DNA of 64,000 nt from an uncultured Pseudomonadota bacterium (GTDB taxonomy: Bacteria; Myxococcota_A; Polyangia; Fen-1088), in NCBI GenBank assembly GCA_963779495.1, contig CAVZYM010000004.1:735205-799204 (forward strand), in the 5' to 3' direction. A model generated the notes under the pieces. The model was not told the origin of the DNA, searched no databases, and saw nothing but the letters and a program-made list of their open reading frames with translations. Positions 40,241-50,365 of the stretch are shown here, in pieces (the stretch's first letter is position 1; every line of letters begins with the position of its first letter). Position numbers and translations under genes: made by a program.

Positions 40241-41566
40241 TTGGCCTTTGGCGGCGGCGCTTGCGGTTTCCCCGACGCCGGCGCGGGCGCACGGTAGCGC
40301 TGCTCGGGGCCGGCGGGGGCGAAGATCTGCACCATGACCGTCTTGACGGGCCTGGGGGGCTCGGCGGGTTTGTCGGGGCGGCCGTCTTGTCAGGCGGCGC
40401 GTTGCGGTCCACGCCGGTGAACCTGGCGGCGTGCGGCTGGCCGTCGGGGATGTGCAGCGCCTCGTCGGAGCCGAACGGGATCTTCTCGCTGCCGATGGTG
40501 ACCTCGCCGCCGCCCGAGACGACGTACAGGATCTCCGCCGATCCCCGGGTGGCTGTTGCGCGGCACCTCGGCCCCGGCTCCGCCTCCAGCAGACCGACGT
40601 AGAGCGTCCGGGTTGCCCGTCTTCGTCGGGCTCGAGCAGCAGGCTGGATCTTCGCTCTTGCCGCCGAAGACCGGCAGCGTCTCGGTGGCGACTGGCGACG
40701 GTGAAGCTGCGCGCCCGCCGGCGGCGCCGCGGCGGCTGCCTCGCGGATCACCTCGAACGCCGCGCGGCCCGCCGGCGTCCTTGGGATCGCGATAGACCCG
40801 CTCGGGCCCCATCGGCGCGAACACATCCAGCAGCACCGCCGGCGCCTGCCGCCCCATGTTCTCGATCGCGTGCGGCATGCCGCCGGGGATCAGGATCGCC
40901 ATCCCCTCGTCGAGCTTCTCGGGGGCGACGCCGGCCGGCCCCAGGATCCGCGCGTGCCCCTTGAGCACGTAGAGCACCTCGGCGCCCGGGATGGCGGTGC
41001 ATCGCGATCCGGTTGGCCGGGGCGATGGTCAGCTGGGTCAGCGCCGCCTTCTGGGCCCGCATCGTCGCCTCGTCGACCAGCAGCTTGACCGAGAACGGCG
41101 GCGGCGGCGGCGGCGGGCCCGCCGGTCTTCTTCTTGGCGGCGGCCCCCGGGCCGTGCTCGGGCGCGTCCTTGGCCTTGATCGAGAACTGGGCCGCCTGCC
41201 CCTCGAACGCCAGCGGCACGATCACCGTGCTGCCCGGATCGATCCCGGCCATGGTCCAGGTCGCCGCGCTCTCGGTCAGGCAGGCGAGCAGCACCGGCGA
41301 CTTCACCTCGTCGCGGGCCGGGGACGCCTTCGTCACCTTGCCCCCGGCACCGACGTCGACCGCGAGCTCGAGCTTGCCGGAGACGTCCAGGGTGTCGGCC
41401 AGCGCCCGCTCGAAGCAGCGGTTCACCTCGCGCCCGTGCGTCACCAGCGTCGACTGCAGGATGTCGGCGATGCGGGCCTCCTCGGTCTCGGCCCGGGCGT
41501 TCGCCCGCACGGCGAGCGGCGCCAGGCAGAAGGGTCAACGTCAATCCGCCGCAGTCCGCGGGCCAT
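40237..41566 (-). pseudogene. Secreted AgmX/PglI-like domain fused to a double cupin, frameshifted
   Basis: N-terminal [27 protein letters not shown]...GKVTKAS...SPVLLACLTESAATW, then a poly-Pro linker. Cupin 1 is AMHRHPGAEVLYVLKGHARI...MPHAIEN. Cupin 2 is AEILYVVSGGGEVTIG...LHIPDGQPHAARF. The stop overlaps the ACAD start (ATGA at 40237-40240). Confidence 0.6.
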
Positions 41567-41580
41567 CCGTCCGGGGGCCC

Positions 41581-41998
41581 TCACGCGGCGACTCCTTCCA
41601 CGCGCGGCCGCAGCTCGCGCTCGATCCAGTCGACGATCTCCTGGGTCGAGGTGCCGGGGGTGAAGATCGCCGCGACCCCCTGGCCCTTCAGCGCCGCGGC
41701 GTCGTCGTCGGGGACGATGCCGCCGCCGAACAGCACCACCTCGCCCGCGCCCGCGCGCCCGCAGCGCCGCCAGCACCGCCGGGAAGTGGGTCATGTGCGC
41801 CCCCGACATCATCGACAGCCCGACCGCGTCGACCGACTCCTGCACGGCCGTCGCGGCGATCATCTCGGGGGTCTGGTGAAGCCCGCTGTAGATGACCTCG
41901 TAGCCGGCGTCGGCCAGCGCGCGCGCCACGATCTTGGCGCCGCGGTCGTGCCCGTCGAGCCCAGCCTTCGCGACCAGGATCCGAAGCATCCGTTTCAC
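41581..41998 (-). pseudogene. Cobalamin (B12)-binding domain subunit of an acyl-CoA mutase, one frameshift near 41760
   Basis: [62 protein letters not shown] (DxHxxG motif). The C-terminal part ([13 protein letters not shown]...[16 protein letters not shown]) was read by switching frame. Confidence 0.8.
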
Positions 41999-42008
41999 GT
42001 CGAAAAGT

Positions 42009-44726
42009 CTACATCGCCGACGCTGTTGCCGACAGCTGGAGGACGACGCCGCCCTCCTTGCCGGGTTTGTCGGCGTCGACCACCAGGTGATAGCGGCCCG
42101 GCGGGAGGCCCGGGAAGAGGTGCGACCCGGTCGCGACCCCGAGCGTCGAAACGCAGGCGAGCACGGAGCCGGAGTCGCACGGGAAGAGCATCCCCTGATC
42201 GCCGTAGAGGGCGAACGCGTGATCGCCGACCTGCGCCCACTCGACGGTCAGGTCCGCCTTCGCGGGCAGGCGGAAGTCGACGTCGCCGTCCTGACCGCCG
42301 GGGGCGCTGGTGCAGGCCGACTGGGTCTGATCGTCCCCCGCCATCGAGGTCTGGACCGCCGTCGTCATGGGGACGCCGCCGAGCTGCAGCAGGCCCAGGT
42401 TCTGGTCGGGGCGGCAGACGAACTTCGCGCAGACCGCGGTGGCGACGCACTTGCGGTCCGCGCAGTCGATCCCGCCGTCGCCGTCGTCGTCGAGCCCGTT
42501 GTTGCAGATCTCGCGCACCGTCTGGCGGATGCCGGTCAGGGTCAGCGACATCGTCCCCTCGTCCCCGGCCTGGAACGCCTGGACGATGATGTTGTACTGG
42601 CCGGGCTGCAGATCCGGCAGCGAGTAGTCGCATCCGAACGTCAGCGGCAGCACGGCGTGGTCGACGCAGATCACCTCGTTGGCGGTGCAGGTGTCGAGCG
42701 GCTCGAGCTGCTGCGCCAGCTCGAGGACGTGCGAGCCGTTGTCGGAGCAGTCGACCCCCAACCCCATCGGCTGGGTCAGGGTCAGCTTCAGCACCTTCTC
42801 CTTGCCGGTGCCGCGGCTGCACGATGTCGGGTAGAGGGTGCCGCCGTCGCGGGTGTCGACGGTGACCGTGCGGGAGACGTTCCACGACAGCGACCCGAGA
42901 TCGGTGTCGGCGACGCAGGCGGGCGGCGGGCAGGTTCCGATGCCGAAGCAGTCGGGATCGTCGCAGTCGGTGCGGCCGTCCTGATCGTCGTCGAGCCCGT
43001 TGCCGCAGACCTCGACCGGGCGGCCGCCGAAGGCCGAGAAGGTGAGCGTGATCGTGCCGGCCTGGGCGACGCTGAGCGCCTTGACGATGAACACATAGCG
43101 CCCCGGAGGAAGGCTGAGGAACGCGACCCCGCCGCTGTTGAACTCTTCCGGAACGCAGTTGCGCTGATCGGCGTCGCAGGCCAGCCCGGGGGCCGGCATC
43201 GCAAAGAGCGAGAAGATGCTGCGCCCCGTCTGCTGATAGCGGACCTGCAGCCCTGCCGGCTCGGGGATCGTCAGCGCGATCGCCCTGTCGCCGCCGGGGA
43301 CGTTGCCCGCGCAGTTCGGTCGGTAGCGATCCGGGGCCAGCGCGAGGTTGACGGTCACCTGCTTGCTGGGGCCGTCGACGACCAGCGCGCCGATGTTGTC
43401 GTCGGGGGTGCACTCGCTGCCGACGCACGAGACGTCGCTGACGCAGACGGCGTCCTGGCAGTCGGTGAGCCCGTTGATGTCGTCGTCCTTGCCGTTGGCG
43501 CAGACCTCGGGGGTCGCGAGCGCGCCGGTCGACAGCGTCACCGTCGATGCGCCGGCGACGCCCGGGTACGACTCGACGATCACCCAGTAGACGCCCGCCG
43601 CCAGCCCCGGGAACGTGCGGGTGGCGGTCGCTGCGCCGGCCACGTCGATGCACGCGACGGGGTTGCGCTCGCAGCTCTGGCTCGCGCCGGCCCGGTAGAC
43701 GCCGACCACGTGGGCGCTGCCCGAGGCCTGGCTGAAGTCGAGCTTCAGGTCGGAGGCCTCGGTGAGCTGGAACCGCCCGACCCGCCCCGTGCCGCCGCTG
43801 GGCGCGCAGGTCGCGTAGGCGGTGTTGGCGCCGCGGGTGTCGAAGCCGCGCGCCACGTTCGCGCCGTGGGCGGCGATGGCGCCGAAGTCGAGATCCGGGG
43901 TGCACGAATGCACCAGGCAGCCCGGGAAGGTCGTGCACTGCGGATCGCCGCAGTCGGCCAGGTTGTCGTTGTTGTCGTCGACGCCGTTGTCGCAGATCTC
44001 GGGACCCATGATCGGCCGGCAGGCGAGGCTCCCCATGCAGTCGGGGTCGGCGCAGTCGACCTTGCCGTCGTCATCGTCGTCGAGGTTGTTGTTGCAGACC
44101 TCCTGCCCCGGGGCGGCGCAGGACGGATCGCCGAAGCAGCCCGGGATCCTTGCAGTCGACGAACAGGTTGCAGTTGTCGTCCTTGCCGTTGTCGCAGAGC
44201 TCGCGGTTACCGGTCGGGCAACCGCCCGCCGCCCCGCCACGCCCCGTCACCCCGGCGCCGCCGCCGGCCACGCCGCCGCCGCTCCCGGCGCGACCGCCGC
44301 TACCGGCGCGTCCCGCCACACCGCCGCCGCTCCCGGCACGACCGCCGCTGCCGCCGCGTCCCGCGCCGCCGCCGCTGCCCGGCGCGACCGCCGCTGCCGC
44401 CGCGTCCCGCGCCGCCGCCGCTCCCCGCACGACCGCCGCTGCCGCCGCGTCCCGCGCCGCCGCCGCTCCCCGCACGACCGCCGCTGCCGCCGCGCGCCGC
44501 CACGCCGCCGTCGCTGCCCGCCTCGCCCCCCCTGACCGACGTTGCCCGCCAGTCCGTCGAAGACGGGCGCGTCGACATGACCGCCGTCCGGTTCGACACA
44601 GGTGAGATCGTCGGGCGCGCAGTGCGTGCCGGGGTGAGCGCTGAAAAGGTCGCTGCGACCGCAGGCGCCGGTGCCGAAAGCGAGGGCGACGACGAGACCG
44701 GCCATGACCAAGCGAAGGGGGGGCAA
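42009..44726 (-). pseudogene. Large modular lipoprotein: Gly-rich repeats, six MopE-type Cys/Asp motifs and four ~150-aa beta domains (N-terminal repeat part frameshifted)
   Basis: Lipobox ALAFGTGACG at 44726. The GGSGGRAGSGGGAGR repeats break frame. The 743-aa intact frame 42009-44240 has CNNNLDDDDDGKVDCADPDC, CDNGVDDNNDNLADCGDPQC, CANGKDDDINGLTDCQDAVC, CGNGLDDDQDGRTDCDDPDC and CNNGLDDDGDGGIDCADRKC. The last four motifs are each followed by a domain whose C-terminal part carries a G.Y...V motif (GVYWVIV, GRYVFIV, GQYNIIV, GRYHLVV). Confidence 0.75.
44270..44505. repeat. About 45-bp tandem repeat, about 5 copies, coding for Gly-rich GGSGGRAGSGGGAGR units
   Basis: Units start near 44321, 44366, 44412 and 44457. 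Unit lengths are 45, 46 and 45 nt, and the 46-nt copy coincides with a frame break. Confidence 0.7.
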
Positions 44727-44787
44727 AGCGAACTCCTGGCTGGCAGTTTACGCCGCGAGCTTACCGGTTCGGGGTAGAAAACCAACC

Positions 44788-46345
44788 GTGAGCCCACCCG
44801 ACGCGCCCTTCACGCCCGCCTCGTCCGGCTCGGCTGTCTCGCCCGTCTTGCGCGTGACCAACCCCGCCGACGGCGCGTTCCTGGCTGAGGTTCCGGCCGC
44901 CGACGCCGACGCCGTCGCGGCTGCCGTCGCGCGGGCGCGGGCGGCGCAGCCCGCCTGGGGCGCGCTGCCGTTCGCCGCCCGGGGCGCGGCGCTGCGACGC
45001 CTGGCCCGCGCGCTGCGCGACGACGCGACCTTCCTCGACACCCTGGTCTCCGAAAGCGGCAAGCCGCGGTTCGAGGCCGAGGCGATGGAGCTCTTCTACA
45101 CGCTGGAGCTGACCCGCTACTACACGGGCCGGGCCGGCCGGCGCGCGCTCGCCGACGAGCTGCGCCACCCCTTCCTGTTCGCGAACAAGCGCGCCCGCAT
45201 CGTGCGCCACCCCCGCGGCGTGGTCGCGGTGATCGGGCCGTGGAACTGGCCGCTGCTCAACAACTACGCCGACTGCGTGGCGCCGCTGGCCGCCGGCAAC
45301 GCGGTCGTGCTGAAGCCCTCGGAGCACACGCCCCTGACGTCGCTGCGGGTTGCCGCCGTCTGGCGCGACCTTGGCCTTCCGGCCGACGTCTTTCAGGTCG
45401 TCACGGGGCGCGGCGACGCCGGGGCGGCGCTGGCCGCCGCCGCCGACATGATCTTCTTCACCGGCAGCGCCGGCGTCGGGCGGGCAGGTCGCCCGCGCCG
45501 CCGGCGAGCGGCTGGTCCCGGCGGTGCTGGAGCTGGGGGGCAAGTCCGCGATGATCGTCCTCGCCGACGCCGATCTCCCGCGCGCCGCCCGGGCCGCCGT
45601 CTGGAGCGGCTTCGCCGGACAGCGGCCAGGTCTGCATCCGCACCGAGCGGGTGCTGGTCGAGGAGGCGGTCGCCGACCGTTTCATCGCGCTGTGCGCCGA
45701 GGAGATCGGGCGCCTGCGCCAGGGGCCGCCCGCCCACGCTGCCCGGACGGCGCCGTCGACGTCGGCGCCGATCACCTTCGCGCCCCAGCTCGCGCGCGCC
45801 GAGCGGCACATCGCCGACGCCGTCGCCCGGGGCGGTCGCGTGGTCACCGGCGGCGCGCGCCGGGCCGACCTCGCCGGGACAATTCTTCGCGCCGACGCTG
45901 ATCGCGGGGGCCACGCCCGAGATGGCGGTGATGCGCGAGGAGACCTTCGGGCCGGTGCTGCCGGTGATGGCGGTCGCCGACGCGGAGACGGCGCTGCGGA
46001 TCGCGAACGACTCGCCGATGGGGCTCGTCGGGCAGCGTCTGGTCAGGCGACGCGGCGCGGGCCCTGGCGCTGGCCCGCCGGCTGGAATCGGGCAGCGTCT
46101 GCATCAACGACGTGCTCGTGAACTACTTCTGCTTCGAGGCGCCCCTGGGGGGCGTCAAGGCGAGCGGCATCGGCGTCCGCCACGGCCCCGAAGGGCTGCG
46201 CCAGTTCTGCCGCATCGAGACCATCATCGAGGATCACCCGCTGCTGGGCTGGCTGTCGCCGCACGTGAGCCGCGAGCTGACGAGTTTTCCCTATCGCGCG
46301 CGCACGCAGCGGCTGCTGCGCCGGTTCATGCGGTGGTTTTATTGA
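44788..46345 (+). pseudogene. NAD(P)-dependent aldehyde dehydrogenase, frameshifted
   Basis: GVVAVIGPWNWPLLN, VVLKPSEHTPLTS, FFTGSAGVGR, LELGGKSAMIV, EETFGPVLPV. The C-terminal part is in ORF 46112-46345. At least 5 frame changes. Confidence 0.8.
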
Positions 46346-46715
46346 GAGCCGCGCCCTTGAAGCGTTCGATGGTGGAAATCAGCACGTCGAGATCGATCGG
46401 CTTGCGGATCGCGCCGTCGGCCTCGAGCACCCGCGCCTTCTCCTCCATCCGCCCGTCGGCGCTCAGCAGCACGACCGGGACCGCGTTCAGCTTCGGATCG
46501 ACCTTCTGCACCATCCGAAACTCGGACCCGCTCATCCGCGGCATCGTCAGATCCAGCAGGATGAGCCCGGGGCGCGCGCCTCGCCGCAGATACTGCAGCG
46601 CCTGCTCGCCGTCACCGGCGCAGTCGACGTCGTATCCCTCGTCGCGCAAGGTCTCGGCCAGCGCTTCGCGCACGTCGAAGTCGTCCTCCACGATCAAGAT
46701 CGTGAATCCCCCCAT
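46326..46715 (-). CDS. Single-domain response regulator (CheY-like receiver)
   Basis: MGGFTILIVEDDFDVREAL...LILLDLTMPRMSG...SADG...IRKP. 129 aa, intact. Its 3' end overlaps the convergent ALDH gene by 20 nt. Confidence 0.85.
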   Translation of the reverse strand: MGGFTILIVEDDFDVREALAETLRDEGYDVDCAGDGEQALQYLRRGARPGLILLDLTMPRMSGSEFRMVQKVDPKLNAVPVVLLSADGRMEEKARVLEADGAIRKPIDLDVLISTIERFKGAALNKTTA

Positions 46716-46763
46716 GTCTCGATTGTACCCGAACCGCACCGACGGTGCCGATGAGCGAAACGC

Positions 46764-49700
46764 GTGATCCGGCTCTGCTATTCGAACCGGCTCGAGGCGC
46801 TGCTCGACGCGCTGGCGGAGCGGATAGCGGACGCCCGCCACAGCCTGTTCGATCCGGTTCGGCTGGTGGTGCCGAACCCGCTCGTCGAGGGGCGGGTCAA
46901 GGAGGGGCTGGCACGGCGGCTGGGCATCGCGGCGAACGTGCAAGCCCGCTTTCTTCATCACTTCCTGCGCGACGTCGCCGCCGCGAGCGCGCCCGGGATC
47001 ACGATCGTCGACCGCGAGGCGATCGAGCTCGAGCTGCTCTCCCTCTTCCACGATCCAAGACGGCTGCGTCTCGCGCGATCTCGAGGCGGTGCGGGGATAT
47101 CTGGGCGACGCGGCGGAGCGGGACGCCGAACGGGCCGGCCGTGACCGGCGCCGCGTCCAGCTCGCGGGCGCGCTCGCCGAGCTGTTCGACGGCTACGCCT
47201 TCTCGCGCCCCGACATGCTGGCCGCCTGGCGCGAAGGGCGCCTCGCCGACGGCCCCGACCCCGCCCTGCAGCGCTGGCAGCGTGAGCTCTGGCTGGCGCT
47301 GTTCGGACGGCAGGGGGTGTTCGCCGGGCGCGGCGCGGTCACCCTCGCCGGCTACTTCGAGAAGGCCGCGCTGCAGCCCGGCGCGCCCGCGCTTCCGACC
47401 TCGGTCCACATCTTCGGCATGTCGTTCAGCGCCAAGCTCTATCGGGGCATCTTCGCGTCGCTGGCCCGGGCGATGGAGGTCGACATCTACGCCCTCAACC
47501 CCTGCCGCGAGTTCTGGGAGGATCTGGCGCCGCGCCGGCGCCGCGGCGCCGAGGCGCGCTTCCCGCCGCGCCGCGCGAAGCGGCAGCTGACGTTGGCGCT
47601 CGATGCGACTCGTTCGCCGCGCCGCCGAACGCTCGTCCGCTCTTCGCCGCCGAGGCTGACGATCCCCCGCTGCTCGACACTCTGGGGGCGGCCGGGACGC
47701 GACAACATCCGGCTGCTCAACGACATGTCGGACTGCACTTCGACGAGCGCTACGTCGATCCCGTGGCCGGCGAATCCGCGCCTCGGCCCACGCTGCTGGC
47801 GACGTTGCAGCAGGAGATCCTCGACCGCGCGCCCGGCCGCCGCCCGCTCGCGACACCTCCGACGGCAGCCTCGTGATCTTCCCCGCGCCCGATCCGCGCC
47901 GCGAGCTCGAGACGGTGGCCGCGGAGATCTGGGCCCGGCTGCGCGCCGAGGCGCAACCGGCGACACGACGCGCCCGCCGCTGCGGTTCAGCGACTTCGCG
48001 ATCATCGTCCCGCCCGCGGCGGCGCGCCACCTATCTGCCGCTCGTGCGGGCGGTGTTTCACGAGGCCTCCGACCTCCCCCACACCGTCGTCGATCTGCCG
48101 TCGCCGGCCGAGCGCCAGATCCTCGACGCCGTCGAGCTGTTGCTGGCGCTTCCCGACGGCGCGCTGGGGCGCCGCGAGCTGCTGCGGCTGGCGATGCACC
48201 CGGCCGTCGCGGGCCGCTTCCCCGACGTCGATCCGGCCGACTGGCCGGCGCTGTGCGAGGCGCTGACGATCGTGCGCGGCGCCGACGGCGACGATCACGT
48301 GGGGAGCTACCTGGATCAAGACAGGGTCAGCTGGGACCAGGGGCTGCGGCGGCTGGCGCTGGGGGCGTTTCTCACCGGCCCGCGCAGCGGCGAGGAGCGG
48401 CCGTTCGAGCTCGACGGGCAGCCGCTGCTGCCGGCCGAGCTCGGGCCGGCGACCGAGCCGGCCGCGCGGGCGCTGGGCGAGACCGCCCGCGCGCTGATCG
48501 CGTTCGCCCGCACGGCCGCGGCCGCGCCGGCGCCGGTGGCCACGTTCACGACGCTGCTCCGGCGGACGATCGCGGAGACGCTCCGCCCCGCGCCCGAGGA
48601 CGAGGCGGCGCTGGGGGCCTGCTTCGCCGCGCTCGATCGGCTGGCCGAGACCGCGCCCGCCGAGCTGATCGTGAGCTTCCGCGTGGTGGCCGAGCTGGTC
48701 CGCGCCCGGCTCGGCGGCGGGGGCGGCCACCCGCGCGCGCCCGAGGGGGTGACGGTCTCGACCTTCGCGCCGATGCGCGCGCTGCCGTTCCGGATGATCT
48801 TCGTCGTCGGCCTCGACGAGGGGGTCTTCCCCGGCAGCGACCGGTTCGGCAACCTCGACCTGCGCGAGACCGACCGCCGTCCCGACGACGTCACCCCGCG
48901 CGAGCAGGACCAGTACCTGTTCCTCGAGACGCTGCTCGCCGCGCGCGAGCGCCTGACGATCTCGTACGTCGCGCGCGACGCGGTGACCGGCGATGCGCGG
49001 GGCCCGTCGTCGGTCGTGCTCGCGCTGCAGGCGGCGCTGGCCGGCTGCTCCCGAGGCGAATCCGGAGCCGGTGCTGGTCGGCCCGCCGGACCGCCGCTGG
49101 CCCGCCACGCCGACGACGCCGCCTGCGCGGTGATCCCGGCCGCCGCGCGCGAGCGTCAGGCCGACGCGCTCGGGCGCTCGCTGCGCCGCGCGGCCGCCGC
49201 GGTGCAGCTGCCCGGGCTCGGCGAGCTGAAGGGCGATGCTGGCGCCCGAGGCCTGGGCGGCGCTCGCGCCGCGCCTCGGATGGCTGGGGCCGGGAACCAT
49301 CGCCGCCACGACCGACGCGCCGGCGCGCACGCTGACGCTGGCCGACCTGCGGCGGTTCCTCGAGTGTCCGCTGCAGGGCTCGGTCCGCGCGCTGCTGCCG
49401 ATGCGGAGACGACGATGGGTCGGACGAGGCCGAGGCGGCCCTCCGCGAGAACGAAGAGCTCGACGAGACCCGCATCGAAACGGTGCCGATGCTGCGCGAG
49501 CTGTTCGCGCAGGCGTTGCGCGCCGGCGTCCCCGACGACGACGCGCTCGCCGAGCGTTACGACGAGGTCGCGAGCCTGCGCCGTCTCGCCGGCGCGCTGC
49601 CCGCCGGCTTGTTCGGCGCCGCTACCCGCGCGCGGCATCTCACTACGCTCCGGGCCTGGCGCGATGGGCTGCAAAGGACGCCGAGAAGACGACAGGGATC

Positions 49701-50365
49701 GAGCTCTCGGGGCCGGTCACGCTGGCGCCGATCTGGTTCGGCGCCGCGCCCGAACACCGGCGCGGCGTGCGTCTCGAACCGGCGTTGGCGCTGGCGCCGC
49801 GATCGACGCGGGGGCGGCGAGCGGCCTTCACGGGGGGACCGAGCTCGTCGCGGAGCTCGGCCGGCGTGCGCACCGCGGTGATCCTCGGCTCGTCCCGCAA
49901 CGACGACTACAACGATGTCATGCGCCACCTGATGCGCGGCTGGCTCACCCACGTGGCGCTGGCCGCCGCCGGCATCGGCGCCGACCAGCCGCTGGCGGTG
50001 CTGTCGCTCCGGGCCGACAAGACGGGCGAAGCGCGCGCCAAGACCGAGCGTCTGGCGCCGATTTCGGCCGCCGACGCGCGCGCGCTACCTCGGCGCGCTC
50101 GCCGCCGAGCTGGACGACGTTCACCCCTACCTTTTGCCCTGCGAGGGGATCTTCACCTGGCGCCGCCGGCGGGCGAAGCCCGATGCGCTGCGCGTGCGCG
50201 ACGCCGTGCTGCTGGTCTGCTACGACGGCTACACCCGGATCGCCTCCGAGTACGGCCCGGTGCCCGACGCGCGGCAGTACCCGGTGCCGGGCCATCCCGA
50301 CGCCGACGCGATCCTCGCCCGTCGGTTTGCACCCGATGTTCGCGGCCCTGGGAGACCCGCCGTGA
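46764..50365 (+). pseudogene. recC: Exodeoxyribonuclease V gamma subunit RecC, multiply frameshifted
   Basis: N-terminal MIRLCYSNRLEALLDALAERI...LVVPNPLVEGRVKEGLARRLGIAANV resembles E. coli RecC (MLRVYHSNRLDVL...). It continues through ORFs 47089-49335 and 47873-50365 (VHIFGMSF, VSTFAPMRALPFRMIFVVGLDEGVFP). Confidence 0.8.

Noticed and set aside
41934-44777. A 947-aa plus-strand ORF, and similar long shadow ORFs: 393-1700 (+), 6036-8042 (+), 10502-11896 (+), 11484-14123 (+), 17353-19089 (+), 59811-62267 (-).
   Set aside because: All are antisense or out of frame to genes with recognisable motifs. Their translations are Arg/Ala/Gly/Pro-rich with no domains, which is expected at about 70% GC where stop codons are rare.
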